From NCBI GenBank assembly GCA_947447115.1, contig CANFKD010000001.1, forward strand, positions 286 through 64,285: 64,000 nucleotides of DNA, read 5' to 3'. This stretch comes from Caulobacteraceae bacterium. Its GTDB lineage: Bacteria; Pseudomonadota; Alphaproteobacteria; Caulobacterales; Caulobacteraceae. The notes below the pieces were generated by a model, which saw only the letters and a list, made by a program, of their open reading frames with translations, was not told the DNA's origin and did not search any database. A program made the translations under genes and the position numbers. This document shows positions 17,656 through 25,632 of this stretch, one piece after another. How positions within the stretch are numbered: position 1 is the stretch's first letter; the number at the start of each line of letters is the position of its first letter.

Positions 17656-19659
17656 TTGATCTATTTACCAAAGATCAACTTGCAGGAGCCACCTTTGGAT
17701 CGCCGAGGCCGAATCCTTGAAAGCCCATTTGGGGGTCGCAGGATTCGGACTGTACTGATCTGGGCCGGTGCTTTGTCGGTGATACCCCTAAGTTTTGCGT
17801 TCGGGAGTTACCTTCAGTTTCAAAAATATGATGAAGCGCGCGGGACACTGCAAACCATCTCCGATCGGGCAGCCATCGAAGGGGCCTTCGTCTATTTTAC
17901 CAATCGAAACATCACCGAGATTGACCGCAAAATTGCCAGTGAGGAACAGGTCGGCAAAATTCTTATCCAATGGGAACGCACTCAGCGTAGCGTTAAAAAT
18001 ATTACGTGGAAGGTAAATGCAGACCCTATTCAAAAGCGATTTGATCTGGATGTTATGGCCGACAGCGCCACAACGCTCAGCGCTTTGCCCTTTATCCAGC
18101 GCGTCCCCATAAAGGTTTCGACCTCCGTCGATCCGTCCAGTCATTCCCTCGAGGTGGCGCTGATCGTCGATAGTTCCAGCTCGTTAAACGACTTAGATCA
18201 GTTCACAGTCATGAGGCGTGCGGCAAAGGATTATGTCAACGATCTCATGGACGTGGCGGGGTCGAGCGTAAAGGTTTCGGTCATTCCCTGGGCCGCGCTA
18301 GTCAATATTAATTCAGAAGCCATTGCGTTTGGAGATCCTTCGGCGGTTCGCGATATCGACTATTTGACCACAGGCTCCCGGCGCGCGCCCCCCGAACCCT
18401 CAAAAACGAGGCTCGCTGTACTAGCTGAGCCGCAAGACCCCTCTACTCCCCTGAGCCTTGAGCGTTTAATCGACCTTTCTAGTCCAACCCAGTGGCGCGG
18501 TTGCGTGCGGTCCGCGCCCGGTGAGGTTCAGATTGATGCGGACAATAACGTGGTCAAAACCATTGATGACCAGCCACCACACAGCGGTATATGGCCAGCA
18601 GCCTTATTGGTTTCGAGTATCCAAACACCTTTTGTTGGCCAGTGTTTGGCCTATCAGATGATCGATCAGCCCGCCGAGCCCGAAAATACCGAAGCGGGTC
18701 GGCCTACCCAAGCCAAGTTCCACGGATCAATCTCTAATCGTACCGAGCTTCTCGGCCGGATACGCAAGGCCGAATGGGTACGACAATGCATAAGGTGGAG
18801 CTATTCCAACGCGATTCACCAATGTTTCGATCAGACGGGCCCAAACCCTCTAACCGAACACCAAAACGGCACGCTCAACGCCTTTCAGCCGACAAATCAG
18901 GACTGTTCTTCGGACCTGACCTCAAACAAGCCGGTGCAAACAGGGATCAATCGTGCCTGTTTGGCCGATCCAAACGAGATTGGTTATCTTGCGGCAGGCG
19001 GGTCCATATGCCCGTGGGAGACCGACGCCTTCCAACCTGTCGCGACTAACGTTTGGGGAAAGGCCTACACGCCCATAGCGGGGCCCAATCTCAACTGTCC
19101 GGCGGCGATCCTTCCCCTATCGAGCAACCGGCGCCAGATTTTGGATAAGTTGAACGAACTCTATCCCGTGCCCGGCGGTAGCCAATCGGATGTAGGACTG
19201 ACTTGGGCGCTGCGGACACTCTCACCCCGTCCATATTGGACTCAATTCTGGGGACTAGATGAGCGGCAACGGGCATCTGCCTTCGGATCTGGAGGCCGCA
19301 AGATAGCAGTCTTGATCACTGACGGACGCAATGAAGCGCCTGTCGATTTTGAGGGCTATTATGGCTGTACCGGACAAAACCGTCGCGGCAGCGGGGCCTG
19401 TTGGCGATCAAGCAATGTTGCGAACTTGAATGAGGCCAGTTTGAACGCCCTAACTCTGGGTGCGTGCCAAGTCATGCGCGAGACTTACGGCATCAAGATC
19501 TACGTCATATTGACCAATAGCGCCGACCCGGTGGCCAAGCGGTTTGCAAGCCAATGTGCAGGGGGTGAAAGTTCCGTCCTTTCGGCAACCGGAGATGATT
19601 TAGAACTATTGTTGAAATCGTCTTTTAGTGATTTGCTCAAAATAGCGAAAAGTCGCTAG
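17656..19659 (+). CDS. TadG-like membrane-anchored von Willebrand factor A (vWA) domain protein
   Basis: One N-terminal TM helix (RTVLIWAGALSVIPLSFAFGS), MIDAS DSSSS in LEVALIVDSSSSLND, a late vWA motif KIAVLITDGRNE, and a long Cys-containing insertion in between (WRGCVRS, YYGCTG, ACWRS). The start is uncertain: TTG at 17695 has AGGAG 6 nt upstream. Confidence 0.75.
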   Translation: MIYLPKINLQEPPLDRRGRILESPFGGRRIRTVLIWAGALSVIPLSFAFGSYLQFQKYDEARGTLQTISDRAAIEGAFVYFTNRNITEIDRKIASEEQVGKILIQWERTQRSVKNITWKVNADPIQKRFDLDVMADSATTLSALPFIQRVPIKVSTSVDPSSHSLEVALIVDSSSSLNDLDQFTVMRRAAKDYVNDLMDVAGSSVKVSVIPWAALVNINSEAIAFGDPSAVRDIDYLTTGSRRAPPEPSKTRLAVLAEPQDPSTPLSLERLIDLSSPTQWRGCVRSAPGEVQIDADNNVVKTIDDQPPHSGIWPAALLVSSIQTPFVGQCLAYQMIDQPAEPENTEAGRPTQAKFHGSISNRTELLGRIRKAEWVRQCIRWSYSNAIHQCFDQTGPNPLTEHQNGTLNAFQPTNQDCSSDLTSNKPVQTGINRACLADPNEIGYLAAGGSICPWETDAFQPVATNVWGKAYTPIAGPNLNCPAAILPLSSNRRQILDKLNELYPVPGGSQSDVGLTWALRTLSPRPYWTQFWGLDERQRASAFGSGGRKIAVLITDGRNEAPVDFEGYYGCTGQNRRGSGACWRSSNVANLNEASLNALTLGACQVMRETYGIKIYVILTNSADPVAKRFASQCAGGESSVLSATGDDLELLLKSSFSDLLKIAKSR

Positions 19660-19715
19660 CTGTATAGCAGAACAATAGCTTCAATTACTTAGTTGAGGCG
19701 GATCAGAGACTAGGC

Positions 19716-21722
19716 ATGAATAGAAAGCTTATATCTCAATTTGTTTTTAGAGGTCACGTCGCGAACGATGGCAACGTCGCCCTTATTGTAGCGGCCTGCC
19801 TCATTCCGATCTCTTTAGCGCTCGGCGCTGCGGTAGACTATCGGCGCCTTGTCTCGACCAAGGCCTTGGTTCAGGAGGCCGCCGATACCGCGGTTTTGGC
19901 AGCGGCGAAGGTCTATTTTGCAAACAGCCTGACCGATAGCACCGTGAGGATGGCAGCAGCTAATCGGGCAGCACAAGCCAGTTTGGATCTCTCGCTGAGA
20001 GATCGCACCGAACAGATTCATAACCTTGATTGGTCACAGTAGGTCGACGCCAATGCTGGAAAAATCGTGCTGACGGTAACTGGGGCTTCGCCCAACATTT
20101 TTGGCGGGCTTTTTAACATTCCAGAACTTCCGTTTCGCGCTTCATCTGAGGCGACCTCAGCGGGCAAGCCGATCGAGATTGCGCTCCTATTGGACAATAC
20201 GTCTTCGATGTTCACAGGGACCCGATTCACGGTCATGCGGCAAGCGGCCAAAGACTATGTGAACCAGGTCTATGCCTTGGGCGGCGATCGCGTGAAGATC
20301 GGCGTTGTTCCGTGGACTACAGTCGTGAATATCAATTCAGAGGCCATTCTAGCGACCGATCCTACGGCAGTGGCGTCGAGCACCCCACCTATTTCGGGCT
20401 CGGGTCGCGATGTTGTGCCCCCTGCCCTCGATCGCCTTAGTGTGTTGGCCGAACCCCGGAATGCGACGATCCCTCTATCATCTGCGCGGCTGTTGGATCT
20501 GGCACGGCCAACCAGATGGCGCGGTTGCATCCGTTCTGCAGACAATGAGGTTCGGGTTTCTGCCAGTGGAGCAGTGACCCAAACCATCAGTGATGCCCCT
20601 CCCCCCACACGGTTTCCAGCCGCCCTTCTGGAGCCGTCGGCAAGCCCCACCAATCTTTCATATTGCACAGCCTATGTGGACGTACCTCCTGGACCGCCGC
20701 GCCCCCCTGGTCCCCCGAGCCCACCGCCGGTGCCACTTGGAGCGTTAGACCACTTAAGGTCAATCTATGCGGCAAGCCGGTCGATGGGGCAGGCCTTTAG
20801 GGCCAAATCCCCGGGTGATTGGCTTTCCTCGCGCTACCGTTCTGTCGTTCTGCAATGTGTGAACACCGTCTATTCGGGTCTGGTGTCGTGCACCCAAGGC
20901 ACCGGTATCCATGCAAACGGGACACTGAACGCCTATTTTAACAGTCCGCGAGGCTGTTCATCGGCCCGTGATGCAAGCAACCGGCCGATTTTGAGCTCGA
21001 CCCTACCTGCCTGCCTGTCTGACCCAAATGAGCTGGATTACCTCAATGCCGGCGGCGCAATATGCAGTTGGGAGGTCGATGCCTTTCCCTCCTACGCCAG
21101 CACAAGGCAAACCACGCCAGCATGGACACGAGCCGTACCAATATCGGGCCCTAATCTTAACTGCCCAGTCTCGATCTTACCCCTCTCTGGCAATCGCAAG
21201 CAGGTTTTGGATAAGTTGGACGAGATGTATCCGGTCCCGGGCGGCACCCAGGCGGATGTGGGTCTTGTATGGGGATTACGGATTCTATCTCCAAGCCCAT
21301 ACTGGAGGCAATTTTGGGGCCTGAGCGCGCAACAGTCGCCGTCTGCATTCAAATCGAGCCAAACCTATAAGATCGCGATCATCTTGACCGACGGTAAGAA
21401 CGAAGCCCCTACCCAGTATGAAGGCTATTACGGATGCACCAATACGGGGCGATCTGCTGCGGGCAACTGCTGGCGGTCGCCAAATCTCGGCATTCTCAAC
21501 AATATGGCCGCCGACAATATGACCCTGTCGGCCTGCAATATTATGCGCAATACGTACGGTATCGATGTCTATTTCATTTTGGTTGATGTTACCGATCCGG
21601 TGGCTATGGCACTTGCCAGTGCCTGCGCCCCCGCGCCGGGTCACGCCATTTCAACGAGTAGCAGCGGGCTGAGCGACGTGTTCAACAACTTGGTTGCACG
21701 CAACCTCCATCTGACCCACTAG
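19716..21722 (+). pseudogene. TadG-like vWA protein, paralog of 17656..19659, interrupted by one in-frame TAG at 20040..20042
   Basis: ORFs 19716..20042 and 20067..21722 are in the same frame (offset 351 nt). The first carries a canonical Tad N-terminal motif (GNVALIVAACLIPISLALGAAVDYRRL). The second carries MIDAS DNTSS and LTDGKNE. The stop falls inside a stretch that aligns with the intact paralog. Confidence 0.7.
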
Positions 21723-21818
21723 GAAGCGTCAGAACCGTTCGGCTGTTTTGAGGCTGGAGCCTTGTGCCCGATTTTTGGCTCACTATCTGTTAAGGCCATA
21801 GTTGGAGGAGTGAATCGC

Positions 21819-22442
21819 ATGGTTAAGGACCTTATTGAAAATAACCGGGCCTGGTCTTTGGCTAAGACACAGGTCGATCCAAATTTCTTCAAGCGTTTAG
21901 CCGCGCAGCAGTCCCCCGAGTTTCTTTGGATTGGATGCTCTGATAGCCGGGTCCCCGCCAATGAGATCGTGGGGCTCGATCCTGGTGAGCTATTTGTTCA
22001 CCGCAACGTGGCCAATCTGGCACCGCCTCAAGACGCAAACTATCTGTCCGTGCTGCAATATGCCGTCGAGGTGCTGAAGGTTAAACATATTATGGTCGTC
22101 GGTCATTATGGCTGCGGCGGGGTTCAAGCCGCGGTGGATGGGCAACGCCACGGGTTGATTGATCATTGGCTCCATCCGATCAGAGAAGTTTTCGACGAGA
22201 ACCGCAGAGAGTTGGAGGGCCTAGAGGATGGCGCTCCACGGATGGACCGGCTCTGCGAGTTGAACGTTATGCGGCAAGTGCGCAATGTGGCGTCCGACGT
22301 CTTTGTGCAGGACGCATGGCTTCGCGACCAAAAGATCGCCGTTCACGGCTGGGTATACTCCCTCAAGAACGGTTTGATTACGGATTTAGGCGCGACGGTC
22401 CGGTGCCTTGAGGATTATAAGCTTATGGTCGGGCGCGCCTAA
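21819..22442 (+). CDS. can: beta-class carbonic anhydrase
   Basis: FLWIGCSDSRVPANEIVG, FVHRNVAN and VVGHYGCGGV (Cys/His/Cys zinc ligands). GGAGGAG lies upstream of the ATG at 21819. Confidence 0.9.
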   Translation: MVKDLIENNRAWSLAKTQVDPNFFKRLAAQQSPEFLWIGCSDSRVPANEIVGLDPGELFVHRNVANLAPPQDANYLSVLQYAVEVLKVKHIMVVGHYGCGGVQAAVDGQRHGLIDHWLHPIREVFDENRRELEGLEDGAPRMDRLCELNVMRQVRNVASDVFVQDAWLRDQKIAVHGWVYSLKNGLITDLGATVRCLEDYKLMVGRA

Positions 22443-22684
22443 ACAGCGATCTGTTTGGGGATCTATATCAAGGTTATGGCGGGCGTTTGGCGGGAAATCC
22501 TCACGACGGGCCTGCGTAATCATCTCTTTTAGAGGGCATTTGTCATCAAATCCGACTCGTTCTAGGTTTGGCGTTATGAGTTGCCTTCAATCGGCTCAGT
22601 TTCGCCCCTGGCGGCCGTTTAATCGTCAGAACTTAAAGTTCCGAGGGATTTAACCCCATAGGCCTGTGTGGCCCAAAGAATCGC

Positions 22685-22864
22685 GATAACAACGCCATGG
22701 ATATCTTTCGGTTATCCAGAGATACCAAATCGAAAGCCTACAGATATCCATGGATATCCAACGATATCTCGCGATAGCCACTTGCTTCCTCGCGATAAGT
22801 AAAGGATAACCATGAAATAGCGCTAGCAATCCGACGGCTATCCGATGGTATCTTGCGGATATCT
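22685..22864. repeat. array of about 13 degenerate GGATA(T/A/G)C(C) boxes in both orientations; putative centromere/operator (parS-like) of the par operon
   Basis: Boxes start at about 22685, 22699, 22710, 22721, 22743, 22752, 22763, 22773, 22794, 22804, 22836, 22847 and 22858. The four GATA cores at 22743/22753/22763/22773 are spaced exactly 10 bp apart. The array ends 45 bp before parA. Confidence 0.6.
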
Positions 22865-22908
22865 AAAGCTAGCGGTAACCTAGGCCTGCGGGGCGAGGAC
22901 CAGACACG

Positions 22909-23595
22909 ATGCCGGTAATCTCATTTGTTAGTCCCAAGGGCGGAGTGGGTAAGACCACCTCAGCGGTGCTGCTTGGCGGCGTCCTTGCTGATATGGGCGC
23001 GCCTGTGACCATGATTGACGCGGACCCGAACCAGCCCGTCTCATCGTGGGCCAAGCTTCCGGGACGCCCTGAAAATCTGCGGGTCATCCGGGACGTGACT
23101 CAAGACACGGTCATCGATGTCATAGAAGAAGAAGCCCAACGCTCGACCTTCGTCATCTGCGACCTTGAGGGCACAGCCTCGCTAACCGTTTCCTATGCCG
23201 TATCGCGGTCCGATCTTGTGTTGATCCCACTTCAGGGCTCCCACTTGGACGCCGCCCAAGCTGCACGTGCGGTCAAGCTGGTGAGATCGACGGAAAAGGC
23301 AATCGGCCGCAGCGTCCCCTTCGCCCTGTTCTTCAACCGGGTCAGTACGGCCATTCAGCCCAGAACCTTCCGCCACATTCGTGACGAGTTTGAAGCCGCA
23401 GGCCTGCCGGTCTTGGCCTGTACTCTCCAAGAGCGTGAAGCCTTCCGGGCTATCTTTTCCTTTGGCGGGACGGTCGGCGGCTTAACATCGGCTCAAGCAT
23501 CCAATCTCCCGGCTGCCTTAGCCAATGTCAGTGATTTCGCTAGGGCCGTCACAAACCGACTACGTCCGAACGTCGCAACAGCCCAGGAGGCATAG
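22909..23595 (+). CDS. parA: ParA-family partition ATPase (small, type Ib-like, no N-terminal HTH)
   Basis: 228 aa with the deviant Walker A SPKGGVGKTTSA at the N-terminus, and DADPNQP. Confidence 0.92.
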   Translation: MPVISFVSPKGGVGKTTSAVLLGGVLADMGAPVTMIDADPNQPVSSWAKLPGRPENLRVIRDVTQDTVIDVIEEEAQRSTFVICDLEGTASLTVSYAVSRSDLVLIPLQGSHLDAAQAARAVKLVRSTEKAIGRSVPFALFFNRVSTAIQPRTFRHIRDEFEAAGLPVLACTLQEREAFRAIFSFGGTVGGLTSAQASNLPAALANVSDFARAVTNRLRPNVATAQEA

Positions 23596-23598
23596 ATC

Positions 23599-24042
23599 AT
23601 GGCTGAGCAGACCCCTGCCCCTCTAAAAACCCGCGTCGCGCTAGATCTCAATGACGATAGCGATCTAGACATCGATCTCAGCGGATTTGCGCCGCGTCCA
23701 TCCACAGCGCCTCAAGCACCCACGCCCTCAGACGCCCTGAGACAGGCCTCAGAGCGCCAAGGCTTCCATGCCCGCCCTGAAGCCCCTGTTAAGGAACCCG
23801 CCCGCTCCAAACCCATAAAGGCCAAACCAACACCGGTCGAACCGGTTCTGCGTCGCCGAACAAGGCCCAAGACAGGGCGTGTTCACCAGTTGAACGTTAA
23901 GCTGACCCGCGAGACCATCGAATATGTCTACGATCTTGCCGACACGCGCGGATGGATCGTGGCTGAAGTTATCGAACGGGCCCTCGAGCTCTTGAAGGCA
24001 ACGCCAGAGGGCAAGGCCAAACGCTTGCGTGAGCGGTCTTGA
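23599..24042 (+). CDS. ribbon-helix-helix centromere-binding protein (ParG-like)
   Basis: 147 aa, starting 4 nt after parA. It has a disordered Pro/Ala/Lys-rich N-terminal half and a C-terminal RHH pattern, HQLNVKLTRETIEYVYDLAD...VAEVIERALELL. Confidence 0.65.
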   Translation: MAEQTPAPLKTRVALDLNDDSDLDIDLSGFAPRPSTAPQAPTPSDALRQASERQGFHARPEAPVKEPARSKPIKAKPTPVEPVLRRRTRPKTGRVHQLNVKLTRETIEYVYDLADTRGWIVAEVIERALELLKATPEGKAKRLRERS

Positions 24043-24048
24043 TATCTG

Positions 24049-24096
24049 CCCTCCGCCGATTGGGCGCGCGCTTCTACGGCGCGCCCGAACGGAGGG
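24049..24096 (+). terminator. nested GC-rich stem-loop after the par operon (no U-tract)
   Basis: CCCTCCG (24049-24055) pairs with CGGAGGG (24090-24096). Inside it, GGGCGCGC (24062-24069) pairs with GCGCGCCC (24079-24086). Confidence 0.4.
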
Positions 24097-24106
24097 GGAG
24101 GGCGTT

Positions 24107-24180
24107 AAACACGTTATTTGAATCTGTTAGAACGTTAAGCGGACGAAAAGGTCTATTAATACAAAAGGTAAGACCCACTT
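24107..24180. other. AT-rich stretch next to the iterons; putative DNA-unwinding element of oriV
   Basis: A local GC drop seen by eye (acacgttatttgaatctgttagaacgttaagcggacgaaaaggtctattaatacaaaaggtaaga). It contains a GAATC at 24120. Confidence 0.4.
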
Positions 24181-24265
24181 TTCGTCGGTGATACCCCGTG
24201 TCTGCGTCGGTGATACCCCGCTCTCAGCGTCGGCAATCCCCCTTATAGCCGTCGGCGATACCCCG
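24181..24265 (+). repeat. iteron cluster 1: four direct repeats, 22-23 bp period
   Basis: Units end at 24198, 24220, 24242 and 24265, with core CGTCGG(T/C)(G/A)AT(A/C)CCCC. Confidence 0.8.
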
Positions 24266-24375
24266 AATAACGGCCACCCTTTAATCTCGAAAGTCTCGAA
24301 GGGCAGGGCACTATGGCATCTAAGCTAGGCTCCATAATGATCCTGACCGGGGTCCGCTAGACAGACCGACGGAGC

Positions 24376-24418
24376 GATTCGCATCAAAATTCTCGTGATT
24401 CGCGAATCAACCCGACTC
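24376..24418. promoter_or_regulatory. cluster of four GANTC (CcrM-type methylation) sites between the iteron clusters, including the 12-bp palindrome GATTCGCGAATC
   Basis: GATTC 24376-24380, GATTC 24397-24401, GAATC 24404-24408 and GACTC 24414-24418. The sites are certain; their function is inferred. Confidence 0.5.
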
Positions 24419-24552
24419 CGTCCCCGAAACCCCTAAGGCGGCGTCGTCAATACCCCTAAAGCAGCGTCGGCGATCCCCCTAATTGGGGCGTCCTCGAAAC
24501 CCCTAATTTGGCGTCGCCGATACCCCTAAGGTGCCGTCCTCAATACCCCTAA
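24418..24552 (+). repeat. iteron cluster 2: six direct repeats, 23-24 bp period, each ending in ACCCCTAA or CCCCCTAA
   Basis: Units are 24418-24436, 24437-24459, 24460-24482, 24483-24506, 24507-24529 and 24530-24552, with core CGTC(G/C)(T/C/G)C(A/G)A(T/A)(A/C)CCCTAA. They have the same orientation as cluster 1 and end 18 bp from the repA stop. Confidence 0.85.
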
Positions 24553-24569
24553 TGCGGGATCAATGAAAT

Positions 24570-25568
24570 CTAGCCCTCAATGAGATCGTCATCGTCATCA
24601 AAGAGGGCGAACGAAAAGGATCCCTCAGGTTCAGCGCCGCCAATGCCCGGCTTCACCTTGAACTTTGGGGTCACAATGGCCAGCACACGGTCGTTGCGAA
24701 GACCCTTGAGGGTATAGCCCTCGGCCTTCATGCCCTTCTCCATCTCTCCCGATGGATCACGCGCAAGGCCGTAGCGGTAGTCCGGCAGATTATCGCGCGC
24801 GATGATGTCCTTCAATTCCGCCTTGAACTTGCGCAACTCGCCCGACACCCCGACCTTTTCAGCCAGGCGCGGAAGACTGATCGACCAACTGGCCTGATCA
24901 CCGCAATGTTTCCGAGCCAACTCATAGAGACGCCGCTCAATGCCACCTGTTAGCTGAAAATAGTCGCGGTTTACGGTGAGGACGCGCCGCTCCTTGGTGA
25001 TGGCGCGGAACGTCCAGTCATTCAAGGTCACTTCCACGGCCTTCATACGGCGTTTACCGCCTGGCTTCTCGACCTCAACCACCCGAAAATTATCGATCCA
25101 ACCAAAACCGCGTCGCTCGCGGACCTCGGCGGCTGAAATGGAGGTTTTAACGGTCGTACCGCGAAGACGCTCAAGGGCATCGAGAAAGGCGTCATAGGCC
25201 TTAGCCCCCACCTGACCGGGCTTTGCCCGCCGCGTCACGATTAAAAAGTCGTGGGCCGGAAACCGGACCGTTCGACTGACCGGTTCACCCCGTTCCATCC
25301 GCTCATTGATCAGGGAGGTGAGATAGATGAGGACATCTCGGTCCCAAACGGTGGCAACGCCCTTGTGGCTTGGCGCAACCTCAATGCTGACCCGGCTGTC
25401 ACTATAGACAATCGGCTCCATCCGCGGACGTTTGGCCAGCGAGAAGAACGGAAACTCAAGCAGCGCCCGATCTTCTTTGATCGGAGCGTCCACGAGAGCA
25501 TCGAGGAAGAAGTCAACCTGACCCTTCACGGGCGTCCTTTCGCGAATCGACGACAGGGGCGTCTGCAA
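24570..25568 (-). CDS. repA: plasmid replication initiator protein RepA (PF10134 'replication initiator protein A' type)
   Basis: 332 aa. LEFPFFSLAKRPRMEPIVY, GVATVWDRDVLIYLTSLI, YDAFLDALERLRGTTVKTSI and FGWIDNF match my recollection of this family. The start is either TTG at 25568 or GTG at 25529. Confidence 0.9.
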   Translation of the reverse strand: MQTPLSSIRERTPVKGQVDFFLDALVDAPIKEDRALLEFPFFSLAKRPRMEPIVYSDSRVSIEVAPSHKGVATVWDRDVLIYLTSLINERMERGEPVSRTVRFPAHDFLIVTRRAKPGQVGAKAYDAFLDALERLRGTTVKTSISAAEVRERRGFGWIDNFRVVEVEKPGGKRRMKAVEVTLNDWTFRAITKERRVLTVNRDYFQLTGGIERRLYELARKHCGDQASWSISLPRLAEKVGVSGELRKFKAELKDIIARDNLPDYRYGLARDPSGEMEKGMKAEGYTLKGLRNDRVLAIVTPKFKVKPGIGGAEPEGSFSFALFDDDDDLIEG

Positions 25569-25577
25569 TACCCCTAT
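25556..25577 (+). promoter_or_regulatory. iteron-like box overlapping the repA start; putative autoregulatory operator
   Basis: GGCGTCTGCAATACCCCTAT matches the cluster-2 iterons at about 17 of 20 positions in the same orientation. It is flanked by GANTC sites at 25544, 25586 and 25598. Confidence 0.55.
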
Positions 25578-25632
25578 TGCATCCTGAGTCGGTTCGCGAG
25601 TCTCGCACGGTGTAACCTAGCGAGGATAAAGT

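Noticed and set aside
22443-22680. An 81-aa ORF (22408..22653), or a small RNA or tRNA, between the carbonic anhydrase gene and the par repeats.
   Set aside because: The ORF overlaps the can stop and has no RBS and a low-complexity, Arg/Ser-rich translation. No cloverleaf or terminator-bounded structure is visible.
22711-22719. A DnaA box: TTATCCAGA, one mismatch from TTATCCACA.
   Set aside because: It is a single copy lying inside the GATAxC box array, and is better explained as one of those boxes (GGTTATCC). I saw no DnaA box in the iteron region itself.
24181-24552. Possibility that the 22-24 bp direct repeats are a small CRISPR array.
   Set aside because: The units are contiguous with no unique spacers and are much shorter than a CRISPR repeat plus spacer. 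They lie between par and repA, an eleventh copy sits on the repA start, and no cas genes are present. Iterons explain them.
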